From the IMG/VR virus record IMGVR_UViG_3300030104_001141, positions 1-58,751 of that record: a stretch of DNA of 58,751 bases; one strand, given 5' to 3'. Shown here in pieces: positions 15,941 to 26,268 of this stretch. Each line of letters begins with the position of its first letter. The stretch's first letter is position 1. A program made the translations under genes and the position numbers. The notes beneath the pieces are model-generated. The model did no database searches. It saw nothing but the letters and a program-made list of their open reading frames with translations, and was not told where the DNA came from. The stretch comes from a virus. Lineage: Duplodnaviria > Caudoviricetes.

Positions 15941-16222
15941 TTGAAAGAAGAAAGAATCAGAAGTGAAAAGTATCTTAAGTACATAAGAAAATATCCTTGT
16001 CTTGTTTGTAGTAGAGAGGGAGTTCATGCTCATCACTTAAGACATTCTCAAAAAAGAGGATGGGGGTTGAAAAATGGAGACCAGTGGGCAGTTCCTTTAT
16101 GTGCTGAACATCACATGGATTGTCATAGAACTGGTAAAGAAAGTATGTGGTGGGCGTTGCATGGAATAGATGCTCTTGCATGGGCAGAAAGTAAATATAA
16201 AAAATGGAGTGAAAATGGATAG
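15941..16222 (+). CDS. DUF968/HNH-like Zn nuclease
   Basis: YLKYIRKYPCLVC..HAHH...VPLCAEHH..CH; TTG start with AAGGAG SD. Confidence 0.75.
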   Translation: MKEERIRSEKYLKYIRKYPCLVCSREGVHAHHLRHSQKRGWGLKNGDQWAVPLCAEHHMDCHRTGKESMWWALHGIDALAWAESKYKKWSENG

Positions 16223-16282
16223 TTCTTTATTAGCTGTTATAGGTATTTGTTTATTAACAATCTATATGCTTACTCAAGAAAA

Positions 16283-16423
16283 ATGACTAAACAATGGCAT
16301 GGTGGAAAGGGTAGTAGACCTAGAGCAAAGAGTCCTGACAAGTGGGATGTTGGTTGGGAAAGAATATTTAACAAAGCAAAAACAAAAATTGCAGATAAGA
16401 AAATTAAAAAAAAGGAGAAGTAA
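16283..16423 (+). CDS. Small basic protein (46 aa, not in the ORF track)
   Basis: MTKQWHGGKGSRPR...WERIF. Confidence 0.55.
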   Translation: MTKQWHGGKGSRPRAKSPDKWDVGWERIFNKAKTKIADKKIKKKEK

Positions 16424-16425
16424 AA

Positions 16426-16884
16426 ATGGATAATTATGAAGATACATTTCAAAAAGCGACTATAACTTTTGAGGGAGTGAAGATAGCTATGAGGCAAGAT
16501 AAGAATGGTTATATCTTAACTCTTGCTGTACACCCATCAGATGTACCTGAAAGTCTTTTAAGAGACTGGGTGGGTAGTAGGTATCAAGTTGCTATGGTTT
16601 TATTAAATGACCAAGATGAGCCTGTTATACCTCAAGAAAAAAGTGATGGAGAGAAAGCTGTAATGAAAGCCGGATTACTTTGTAGAGAAAGAGAGTTCCA
16701 AGATTTTGTTATGGATAGGTTTGATGTTCCTGAATGGGAAAGAGAGGGTTTTGATGAGACTCAATGTGCAGAAAGACTTAGAGATTATTGTGCCATAAAA
16801 AGCAGAAGTGAATTAAAAACAAATGAACACGCTAGAATTGTATTCAATGGATTGTTAAATGAGTTTAACTCATGGAATGTATAG
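16426..16884 (+). CDS. Hypothetical phage protein
   Basis: AGGAG SD; 152 aa. Confidence 0.75.
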   Translation: MDNYEDTFQKATITFEGVKIAMRQDKNGYILTLAVHPSDVPESLLRDWVGSRYQVAMVLLNDQDEPVIPQEKSDGEKAVMKAGLLCREREFQDFVMDRFDVPEWEREGFDETQCAERLRDYCAIKSRSELKTNEHARIVFNGLLNEFNSWNV

Positions 16885-17225
16885 ATAAGAATAAAGCTAA
16901 GTGGTGGAAGTGGCATAAGAAAAATCCTGAAGTTTGGAAACTGTTTCAGAAATTTACTTTTGAGGCAATAAGAAGTGGGAGAAAGCATTATTCACACTGG
17001 GCAATTATACAAAGAATAAGATGGGAGACTGATATAATAACTAAAGGTAGTGCATTTAAAATATCAAATGATTTTATATGTTATTACGCTAGGTACTTTA
17101 TACATAGCTATCCTCAACATAAGGATTTCTTTGTTATAAAACCATTAAAACATGAGAGGGGAATTAAGAATGAAGATGAAGCCAATGAAAGTGGAATTAA
17201 AAAAATCGAGAAACTGTTCTATTAA
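16872..17225 (+). CDS. Hypothetical phage protein
   Basis: WHKKNPEVW...RIRWET...YYARYF. Confidence 0.7.
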   Translation: MECIDKNKAKWWKWHKKNPEVWKLFQKFTFEAIRSGRKHYSHWAIIQRIRWETDIITKGSAFKISNDFICYYARYFIHSYPQHKDFFVIKPLKHERGIKNEDEANESGIKKIEKLFY

Positions 17226-17303
17226 TTTACCAATAGGATTAGAAAAAGAAAAGTATAAGAAAGGTACATCATTATTTAAGAAGATTAAATTAAAACTTAT
17301 TAA

Positions 17304-17681
17304 ATGAAGATTATCTTACCCTTAGAAGTTTACTACTCTAAGAATAAGAAGTTCATACTTAATCTAAATAACTATCGTAATGCCCATTACAGAATACTAT
17401 CTAACTCTAAGAAGATTTATACTGATAACTTAATACCTGAACTCAAAGAGTTATCTAAGTTCAATGAACCTGTTACATTAACCTATACCTATTACGCTAA
17501 GACTAAGAGAAGAATAGATATAAGCAATCCCTGTTCAATCATAGACAAGTTTACCTGTGATGCTTTGGTTAAAGCCGGTGTTCTTAAAGATGATAGCTTT
17601 GAACAAGTCAATAAAGTTGTCTATAAGTTTGGTGGATTCGATAAAGAGAATCCAAGATGCGAACTTTTGATTTCCCTGTAA
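17304..17681 (+). CDS. rusA: RusA-like Holliday junction resolvase
   Basis: RRIDISN....K...DALVKAGVLKDDS...NPR. Confidence 0.8.
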   Translation: MKIILPLEVYYSKNKKFILNLNNYRNAHYRILSNSKKIYTDNLIPELKELSKFNEPVTLTYTYYAKTKRRIDISNPCSIIDKFTCDALVKAGVLKDDSFEQVNKVVYKFGGFDKENPRCELLISL

Positions 17682-17853
17682 ATATAAACCCTATACCTAT
17701 ACCAACATTACCTAAACCTGTATAAAAAAACCAGCAGCTTTCACGCAGCTACCGGTAAATTGTTTTAAAATAAAAAGATATGTTGTATCTAAAGGGTTTG
17801 CGATAACCTTCGCAGAAAAAATGTAAAAGATATAAGTATTAACCTGTTAATAT

Positions 17854-20800
17854 TTAATTTCTTATCCTTAAGTCTGGTTGTAGTTCTTCAATATAAAATT
17901 TTCTGATACCCGAAATATCCATTCCCCGTAGTAAATCATTTTCAATTTCGTCAAGCTCAAGTATCTGGTCTCTTTTTTGATTTGAGCTTAGTTCCTGACT
18001 ATTATTTATGATAGCTTTAGCCTGTCTTATCTCTCCTAGTTGGTCTGATGTTTTCTTAAGGTCTTTTTGTAATCCTTGCAGTGCTTCCTTGTATTCTATT
18101 TTATATTCTTTAGTCATGCCCAAAGCACCCATATCTCCCTCATCAAGTATTTTCTTTTCTAATACTCTAAAACTTTCTACTTGATTGTCCACCATCTCTT
18201 TTAAATCAAAGAATTGATTTTCCAATCTATTACCCTCTGTTGGTAGTAAAAAAGCACCCACGACTGGAAGCTGGTCGACACGCATTGATGCACTCTTAGC
18301 TTCATTTGGACCTTTAGTAATTAAAGAATCTACAAATGTCATAGCATATGTACCTGCCGTACCTGTATAACCTGATACTAAATTTTCTATATATAAAGGA
18401 CTAATATTTAATTCGTCACCTACTTTTTTATACAATGTATCTGTACTAGGTCTGTATGCTAAATCTCCTATGTCATCTAAATACTCAGGTACTATTTTTC
18501 TACCTGTATAAAAATCATAATTAAAATAGTTTTCAACTAATGGTTGTATAGCTGTCATTTCTAATGGATTAATTTTTAAAGTATTAGTAATATTTCTTAC
18601 CATACTTTCACGCAAATCTTTTTGTGTATCGTCACCAAAAGTTTTAGCTAACAATCTCATTGGTACAGTTGTAGTTAAGAATCCTGCTTCAAATGGTAAT
18701 GGTATTCCTAAAGGTGAACCTGCTAGTTCTTTACTTCCCGGAATAATAATATAGTTATCTTTAGTTTCTTCTGATGCTTCTTCCCATTCTTCTGAATCTC
18801 TTACTAATAAATAGTAGTAAGGCATTAAAGATATATAAGATAACATTCTTAAAGCAACTGCTGCTGCTCTTTTTCTACGAGTTAATCCTCTACCTATTCC
18901 ATACTTACCTGTAAGTCCTCTATAGAAAACATCAACACCTTGTAGTCTAGGATTTAAAAACATAGTTGATTGTGTAACAAGTTGAAACGATTTGTTATTG
19001 CCACGCCTTGTAAAGTTAAGAACTTCCATAGCTTGTGATAGAGCTTCTGCTACATCTCCTGTTCTTTTTAATGTATCTTTATATACAGATACTCTTGTTG
19101 CCGCATCAGTTATAGCAGTACCTTGACCTAATATATCCCATACTTTTGTAATGATATCAAGAGGTGCTGTTGCTACTTTAGATAGTGTAGTTTTTTCTTT
19201 ATATCTTTCTTTCTTATATGCATTTTCAACAAGAGTTTGTGTGCTATCAATGTCTCTAACACCTCTTTCATAGCCTTGAATAATACCTGCATTTCTTAAA
19301 GCAACATATTCTTCTGGCAAGTTACCTGTCATCATTCCATATGTTATTTTTGCACTTTCTTTAAGCTGACTTAATATTGGCACATAATTAGCTCCACTTA
19401 AAAACCAAGCAGACATACTATCTCTTACTACTTGTCTAAACCAGAAGTCAGGCATTCTGGTTATAAGGTCACTAACCATTCTTTTACTTCCTCGCATTAC
19501 ACTCATTAGCATATTAGTTGGAAGAAAATCTCCACCTGTCATAACAGTAAATAAATTATAATTATCTGGGTCATCAACACTAAATGATTTAGTTTTACCT
19601 TTAACTTTTATCTTAACTATATTAGGTCCAGCAGTATTATTTTTAACTTGTTCTGCTGCTTTAATTATAACTAAGTTACGCATAGTTCTATTAGCTGCTA
19701 CATTTTTCATACCAGCATTAATAGCTGCTCTTGCGTTGTTTGTTATACCTGTTATTGGGTCGACAATATTTTTTTCTTCACTACCTTTAGCTCTTTTAAA
19801 AGGAGATAGTTGCATACCTTGAAATATTTGTGGTCCTTTAAATCCTTCTTCACCTTCCATTGCTCTATAAAATGGAATGTAATCTGAATGTTCCATCCAA
19901 ACATTCCCAGTCTTTTCATCAAGAACTCCTGTGTCTATAAGGAATCTAACTAAATGACGATTCCAACGCTGGTAATCATCAATCATTGTTTGTATTTCAG
20001 GATGTTCTTGTAAAGCAATTACTGCATCTTTCTTATCTTTTGCATTTATCTTTACTTTTCTACCTTCATTATTAAATCTAGTTTCTCTTTTTACTGCAAG
20101 TACAGCTTGAAATGCCCACATCATTTGAGGATTGTTATAAGCATTTTTAAATATTTCGTGTGGTGCTTTAATTGGTTTACCATCTTCAGGAGATATATCT
20201 ACTACTGTAGTAAATCCTTTCTTTGTATTATATACAGGTACACCATGCATAAAAGCTTGTTGATATATGTCTCCTGACCTATCTGAATGATACATTGCTG
20301 CTGCTGCTGAAAGAGATGCAGATAAAAACTTTTGTCCTTGTTCTGTTTTTCTACCGGCAGAATAATCTGTTTCTGCAATTCTTGCATACTGGTCTAGTAT
20401 TGCTTCTCTAAATTTTAATGGGTCAACAGATTTAAAAGACTTTAATACTTTACTAGAAATAGTTTCATTATCAGGAAGTAAATCTCTGATAGTCATTTTC
20501 TTTACTAATCTTTCTGTGGCTGGTTTAAGTGGCTTACCACTTTTCTTAAATGAGTATTTAAGTTTTGTATTATTATCTATACCATCAATAATAGAATCAA
20601 CATCTAAGTTTATTGTACTAGCATTTTTAATATCTTTCTGTGCATTGATTGCTGAAAGCTTTGCTTCAGGTGAAGCGTTATCACTAATTACAGGAGTGAC
20701 TCCTGCCTTTATTGATTTTTGTTTTTGGAGTTCGACTTCTGTTTCTGCTTCTTCAATTGCACTCGCAAGGTCGGACCGTTCTGCATAACTTCTTCGAACA

Positions 20801-23800
20801 TCTCCGATTCCAATTTGTCTAGGCTCTCCATACTCTTGTAGTAATTTACTGGGGTCTTCTTCAACTGTCTGTTCTCCTTTTGCAAAGTTATTATTTAAGA
20901 AGGCATAGTTATCTATCAAACCAGAATCCTTCAATCTATTGTAAGTATCTCTTGGAGTATTTTCAACATCAAGAAAATAATCTGTAGCTATAAGTCTACC
21001 TGTATCTACAAATCTATTCATCATTCTAACTAAAGCATGATTAAAGTCTGTATCAATTAATATAACATCTACACTATAACCTTTTGATTTTAACATAGAA
21101 ATTTTCTTTTCCATGCTTCCATATTTAGAACTACCACCAACAGAAGGTATAATTATATTAGCACCAAGATTTGTTATATTATCCATAACAGAAGCTGCAT
21201 ACTTACTTGACATTGGTGCTGTAGCATTAGCACCTAATCCACCTTTAAATTCAGGCATCATTTTTTTAGCATCATCTGAATCTATTATTGCTGATTTAGT
21301 TTTTTTTGCTAATTGTTCTGCAAAATAAGACTTGCCAGAAGCAGGTAATCCAATTAAGAAAGTAGCTTTTTTATCAACAGATAAAATATCTTCTGCATAA
21401 GCTTCAGCTATTTCTATTAAATCATGTACAAATTTTGGTTTTAGTTTTCCTTCTACTGTTGGTTGACTAAACATTATTCTTTCAGCTTCAATTAACGCAG
21501 GATGTTTTAATATATTACTTAATTGTTTTTGTGTAATGTTTCCTAGATTTATTTTAGATAATTGAAATCTTAAATCATTTAATGCATGAGTATATTCTCT
21601 GTCTGTCATTCCTCTAACAGTTCCATCTTCTTTAGTTAATGGAGCAACATCTCCACCAAGTCCAAGAGTTGGAGACATCATTAGACTAACTGTTTTTTCT
21701 GTTAACTCATCATCAAATTGTTTTATACTTTTTTGACCAATTCTTTTTTCATCTGCAATTCTATCTTTAATAGATTTTAATTCTATTGGTCCTAGTCTTT
21801 CTAACTTAGATGGTATTAAATCATTTACATTAACTAATAGTTCTTGTTCATATTGTCTTGAATAAGTTCTTTCATATGGACTTATTTGTAAATCTTCTTG
21901 TGTATCTTTTGGAGCTAAAGCATTTATGTCTGCTAATACTTTAGACCTAGGTATTAAATATTCTGTTAAAACATCATCATCACTTACTCTATAGCCTGAT
22001 TCAAGACGACCTGCTGCAAAGTCTTCTGCTATTGATTTGTTCATTGTTACAGGAACTACATCATAGTTAGGATTAATTTCTCCGCCTCTATATACAACTA
22101 TAAATTCTGGAAAATATTTCATAGAACTAAAAGTTATATCTTCTATAGCCTGTCTTACTTCATCAATCTTACCCATTCTATATTGAGGCAGACCTAAGTT
22201 ATCTATTATATAATCTTCATCACCTTGTAATATTGCTGCAATAGAATCAGAACCTTGATTATCTATATCTTTTAATATTGCATCAACTAACTGATAATCT
22301 AATCCTGACATTTCTTCAACACCTGTTAGTTCATCTGCAAATCTTTTATATAAATTATCTATTTGAAATTGAGAAGCTCTTATAGTATTTAAAGATTCTG
22401 TTGTCATTCTTCCTTCAGTTCTTTTTAAACTGTACTTAACTCTAGGAGATGATGTGCCTATAACTGGATTAACTTTTTCTGTTGATACAATATTTAAAGG
22501 AATACTTCTTGAGTCTACAGAAAATAATCCTTCTGATTTATATGGATTAGATATATATGGTTTACCAAGATTAAATAATTGAGGATGAAAAAATACAGAA
22601 TACTTAGGCACATTTACTGTAGATAATTTAGATGTATCACCAACAGTATCGTAATTAATATTACCTTGTAGTTGTGCTGTTTTTAAAGCATCTTGTTTAT
22701 TAATATGTAATATTGTTTGTGAGTTTCTTGATGGGTCTCCTACCATATACATAGGTATAGTAGTTACATCTTTACCAAATTGATTTTGCAAAAGCATACT
22801 GCTTAATAATCTAAAATAGTTTTGTGTAAGTTTTACATCATTATTATTATTTAAGTTTGTCTTTCTTCTATTTAATAAATAGTTATCAAATATATCTTGT
22901 TCTTCAAACAAAGCATTTGTTATCTTATTTAGTTTTGTAGAAAATTGTTTTTGTTGTGCTCCAAATAAAAACTCATTTACTAATGGTGACTTAGGTTTAC
23001 CATCTTGATTGGATGAATTTTTAAGAGAAAATTTTAAAGTAGGACTGTCTTGTATATCAGGCAAGTCTTCAACATCTGCTACACCTGCTGTTTGTTTGCC
23101 TCGTTCAAATATGTTTGCAAATTCTGTTTCAGTTCTATCTGTTTCTAATGTAGTTCTTACTACACCTCGTTGCCTGTTAGCTATTTCTCCAGAAGTAACT
23201 CTATTAAATATATCAGTAGCATTTGTAAATCCATTTCCTTTTAAAGAATTGGTTAGACTTGCAAAAAAGTTTTCAACCTTATTAAAAATTTGTTGCGGTT
23301 TACCTGTAACATTTTTTTTATTTTCACCAAATTCTTCAAATCCTAAACCTATAGCTTCTTCTATAATATCTGATTGAGATTCTATTGCAGATAATTCTAA
23401 TGCTTCTGGAGTATTATATGCTCCTTCTGGGTCTGTAATTATTTCAAGATATGTTTTCTTGCTACCTTTAGGCTTTTTTGTTCTAGCAAAATTTGCTAAA
23501 GTATTATATTCATCTTCAGTAAATACATCTGCTTGTCTAAGGGCATGCCAGTTTTCGTGAGTTAATATTCTTGCTAAATTATTTAAATATTTTTTTGGGT
23601 CTTTTTTATATTCAGTTCCGGCTCTATCTATAGGTATAATTATTTCATCAAAAACTTTATTGTATGCACCTTCTAATTCAATATTACCTTTTATATTTCC
23701 TATATAAGGGTCAAACTTAATAGACATTTCTGGATTCTGTTTTTTAAAATCTTCTGCAAAATTATCTAAATCTTCATTAATTTTAATATCTTCTGCAAAT

Positions 23801-26268
23801 TTTATAGAGCCATCAAAATTATATTTTTGACTACCTGTTCCTACCCATTTATTATTTTTTATATAACCAGAAGTAATTAAATCTTCTTTTAATCTTTTAG
23901 CTTCTGAATTATTTAAACCAGTTGCATCTTTAATTATTTTTAATGTAGTTTTTTTAGATTCTTCAATAGCATTTATAGCTTTAGAGTAATCATTTAATGA
24001 ATAACTTCTATGTGTAAAATCAGGTAGAAGTATTAAATCTGTTGATGGTGGTAAGCTTTCTATTACAGAATATAAAACTCTGCGTTGTGCAACACTCATT
24101 TTTTCTACAGAAGATTCACCTGTAAAATGCAAAGCAAGTCTTTTAAATGACTCATCATTTACATCACTATCTATATTTTTATTTTTAAGAACTCGTTTTA
24201 TTGTTGCAGCAGATACGCTGTTGGGTGCACTTGATTCATTAAGCAAAATGTTTTCACTTCTTGCATTCATTACTTTATCAAACTGTGCTTTAGATAAAAT
24301 ATTTTTTAATTGACTTATTGCTACATTAGCTTGATTGCCTGTAGCATCTTGAATTGTTTTTATTATTTCTTGGCTTACACCTATTTCATTTAACTCTTGA
24401 AAGCTAATGCCATCATAATAAGGATTAGAAATTTTTAATCCTAGATTTTGTATTGTAGAATTATTACTATCTAAATTTTGCATTAAGATATAATCGTTAA
24501 CTTTTTCTACAGCATACTGAGTTTGACCTATAAGATTTAAACCACTAGAAACTTGACCAGCTTTTTCTAAAGAATCATATGGTGAAAAGGGTTGATTTGT
24601 TTTTGGATTAATTAATACATTGCCTTGATAATCTGTAATAGAAAATGTGTTATCACCATTATCTTTTACAAGAAATGCATTAGGAGTTTCTGAATTTTCT
24701 GTAACAATTTTACTAGGAAAAGATGTAGGATTTTTAAATTCATCTGTAAAGCTTTTGTAAATTTCAAAGGCTTCACCAAATCCGGGCATGTCATTATTGT
24801 ATTCTTCTATAGTTTCAGAAAAAGCTTTTAAAGGATTCTCTCCACCTTCAATTCTTGCTTCAGATTTTTTGTTAATATCAAAAGCTATTTTTTCTGCTTG
24901 TTCTCCAAAACCTTTTTGTTTCATTTGTTCTAAATAAATTTCAAAAAAGTTTTTACCTAATCTATATTGTGTTTCAGTTTTTAATGCTTGTGATTTTTTT
25001 ACATCTTGAAATCCAGCAGATGCTTGTCCTAGTATTGCTTCAGCAGGAGCAAAGGCAAACTCACCTATTATCTCCATATTTATATCACCAAATCTTAAGG
25101 TTTCACCTTCTTCTAAAGTAAAGTATTGACCAGTAGCTTCACCTGCACCACCTAATGCACCTTGTAATGGTGCTTGAATTAAGGTATTCATTGCTTGTTT
25201 TGCAAATATATTTTGAAATCCAAATGGATTAAAAACTTTAGTAGCCATACCAAAAGATAAAGCATCAAATGTACCTATTGCAGTACCTCTAATTCTTGCA
25301 TATTTTTTTGCTTCAGCTATTAATTCTTTATTACCCATAAACTTAGCAACAGATTGTGGATTGTTTACATCCATTCCTTTCTTTTGCAAGTATTCTATAT
25401 ATGAGTAAGCATTATCTATAGCACCAGATGTAAAACCTGTAGCTGCTGAACCTGCTAGAACATTACCTGTTGCTAATGTTGTTCCTACACCTGCTCCAAG
25501 AGAAGCTAACATAGGAACAAAACTTGTACCCATTACTTCTAATGGTAAACTTAGGTCAAAGTTTTCTGAATAGGGATTTAAAAAAGCAAATGCATCAATA
25601 AGACCTTCTGATTCTGCTAAAGCATTAAAAGCTTTTGAGTGTCCAAGACTTTGTATATATTCATTATTTTCTTTAGTGTCTTGTATATTTTCTTGAACTC
25701 TTTGCTCAAGACCTTTATCTTGTCTTTCTTGTAATAAATCACCAAAAGCTTGAGCCATTGGTGGTACTGAATAAAGGTTTTGAAAACTTATATTTTTTCT
25801 TTTTTTATCTAGTTCTTTTTGTGATTTTCCAGTACCTTTTATATCTAATATTAGTTGTTCTTTGTCTGCTTCTTGTTTAGAAGTTAAAGGTCTTATACCT
25901 TCTAAAGCAATATAGCTATCTAAAAGTTGTTGTTTTTTTAAAAGTTCAGGAGCTGTTGCAGATAGAGCATAAAAGTTTGCAGCATTTTTTGCTTGTTTTG
26001 CACCACCTATAACTTGTTCGACAAACGAAGATTCTCCTTCTGTTTCAGTAAAATTTAAATCTACAGGTATTAAAGACTGCAATACTTTTTGTGTATGACT
26101 AAGTTCATCTGTAGGAATTATTTTAGTTTTAGGTTGAGGTTGAGATTGGAATTGAGGTGTATATGCAGATAAAAATTTTTCTTTTTCTTCAAAATAATTT
26201 TCATCAGTTACATAATCAGGAAGATAATGTTTTAATCCATCATCTGTATATACAATATATTTAGCCAT
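17854..26268 (-). CDS. Giant polyvalent internal virion/ejection protein (zincin motif, zeta-toxin-like kinase, LPD38-like C-terminus)
   Basis: HENWH; GLPASGKS...IDSDDAKK; C-terminal 'IPLPFEAG...ENYFNYDFYTGRKIVP'; last gene of the virion operon. Confidence 0.75.
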   Translation of the reverse strand: MAKYIVYTDDGLKHYLPDYVTDENYFEEKEKFLSAYTPQFQSQPQPKTKIIPTDELSHTQKVLQSLIPVDLNFTETEGESSFVEQVIGGAKQAKNAANFYALSATAPELLKKQQLLDSYIALEGIRPLTSKQEADKEQLILDIKGTGKSQKELDKKRKNISFQNLYSVPPMAQAFGDLLQERQDKGLEQRVQENIQDTKENNEYIQSLGHSKAFNALAESEGLIDAFAFLNPYSENFDLSLPLEVMGTSFVPMLASLGAGVGTTLATGNVLAGSAATGFTSGAIDNAYSYIEYLQKKGMDVNNPQSVAKFMGNKELIAEAKKYARIRGTAIGTFDALSFGMATKVFNPFGFQNIFAKQAMNTLIQAPLQGALGGAGEATGQYFTLEEGETLRFGDINMEIIGEFAFAPAEAILGQASAGFQDVKKSQALKTETQYRLGKNFFEIYLEQMKQKGFGEQAEKIAFDINKKSEARIEGGENPLKAFSETIEEYNNDMPGFGEAFEIYKSFTDEFKNPTSFPSKIVTENSETPNAFLVKDNGDNTFSITDYQGNVLINPKTNQPFSPYDSLEKAGQVSSGLNLIGQTQYAVEKVNDYILMQNLDSNNSTIQNLGLKISNPYYDGISFQELNEIGVSQEIIKTIQDATGNQANVAISQLKNILSKAQFDKVMNARSENILLNESSAPNSVSAATIKRVLKNKNIDSDVNDESFKRLALHFTGESSVEKMSVAQRRVLYSVIESLPPSTDLILLPDFTHRSYSLNDYSKAINAIEESKKTTLKIIKDATGLNNSEAKRLKEDLITSGYIKNNKWVGTGSQKYNFDGSIKFAEDIKINEDLDNFAEDFKKQNPEMSIKFDPYIGNIKGNIELEGAYNKVFDEIIIPIDRAGTEYKKDPKKYLNNLARILTHENWHALRQADVFTEDEYNTLANFARTKKPKGSKKTYLEIITDPEGAYNTPEALELSAIESQSDIIEEAIGLGFEEFGENKKNVTGKPQQIFNKVENFFASLTNSLKGNGFTNATDIFNRVTSGEIANRQRGVVRTTLETDRTETEFANIFERGKQTAGVADVEDLPDIQDSPTLKFSLKNSSNQDGKPKSPLVNEFLFGAQQKQFSTKLNKITNALFEEQDIFDNYLLNRRKTNLNNNNDVKLTQNYFRLLSSMLLQNQFGKDVTTIPMYMVGDPSRNSQTILHINKQDALKTAQLQGNINYDTVGDTSKLSTVNVPKYSVFFHPQLFNLGKPYISNPYKSEGLFSVDSRSIPLNIVSTEKVNPVIGTSSPRVKYSLKRTEGRMTTESLNTIRASQFQIDNLYKRFADELTGVEEMSGLDYQLVDAILKDIDNQGSDSIAAILQGDEDYIIDNLGLPQYRMGKIDEVRQAIEDITFSSMKYFPEFIVVYRGGEINPNYDVVPVTMNKSIAEDFAAGRLESGYRVSDDDVLTEYLIPRSKVLADINALAPKDTQEDLQISPYERTYSRQYEQELLVNVNDLIPSKLERLGPIELKSIKDRIADEKRIGQKSIKQFDDELTEKTVSLMMSPTLGLGGDVAPLTKEDGTVRGMTDREYTHALNDLRFQLSKINLGNITQKQLSNILKHPALIEAERIMFSQPTVEGKLKPKFVHDLIEIAEAYAEDILSVDKKATFLIGLPASGKSYFAEQLAKKTKSAIIDSDDAKKMMPEFKGGLGANATAPMSSKYAASVMDNITNLGANIIIPSVGGSSKYGSMEKKISMLKSKGYSVDVILIDTDFNHALVRMMNRFVDTGRLIATDYFLDVENTPRDTYNRLKDSGLIDNYAFLNNNFAKGEQTVEEDPSKLLQEYGEPRQIGIGDVRRSYAERSDLASAIEEAETEVELQKQKSIKAGVTPVISDNASPEAKLSAINAQKDIKNASTINLDVDSIIDGIDNNTKLKYSFKKSGKPLKPATERLVKKMTIRDLLPDNETISSKVLKSFKSVDPLKFREAILDQYARIAETDYSAGRKTEQGQKFLSASLSAAAAMYHSDRSGDIYQQAFMHGVPVYNTKKGFTTVVDISPEDGKPIKAPHEIFKNAYNNPQMMWAFQAVLAVKRETRFNNEGRKVKINAKDKKDAVIALQEHPEIQTMIDDYQRWNRHLVRFLIDTGVLDEKTGNVWMEHSDYIPFYRAMEGEEGFKGPQIFQGMQLSPFKRAKGSEEKNIVDPITGITNNARAAINAGMKNVAANRTMRNLVIIKAAEQVKNNTAGPNIVKIKVKGKTKSFSVDDPDNYNLFTVMTGGDFLPTNMLMSVMRGSKRMVSDLITRMPDFWFRQVVRDSMSAWFLSGANYVPILSQLKESAKITYGMMTGNLPEEYVALRNAGIIQGYERGVRDIDSTQTLVENAYKKERYKEKTTLSKVATAPLDIITKVWDILGQGTAITDAATRVSVYKDTLKRTGDVAEALSQAMEVLNFTRRGNNKSFQLVTQSTMFLNPRLQGVDVFYRGLTGKYGIGRGLTRRKRAAAVALRMLSYISLMPYYYLLVRDSEEWEEASEETKDNYIIIPGSKELAGSPLGIPLPFEAGFLTTTVPMRLLAKTFGDDTQKDLRESMVRNITNTLKINPLEMTAIQPLVENYFNYDFYTGRKIVPEYLDDIGDLAYRPSTDTLYKKVGDELNISPLYIENLVSGYTGTAGTYAMTFVDSLITKGPNEAKSASMRVDQLPVVGAFLLPTEGNRLENQFFDLKEMVDNQVESFRVLEKKILDEGDMGALGMTKEYKIEYKEALQGLQKDLKKTSDQLGEIRQAKAIINNSQELSSNQKRDQILELDEIENDLLRGMDISGIRKFYIEELQPDLRIRN

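Noticed and set aside
17790-17820. Small possible pseudoknot or hairpin in the convergent gap
   Set aside because: Helices of only 4-6 bp; more simply a terminator-like hairpin between convergent operons.
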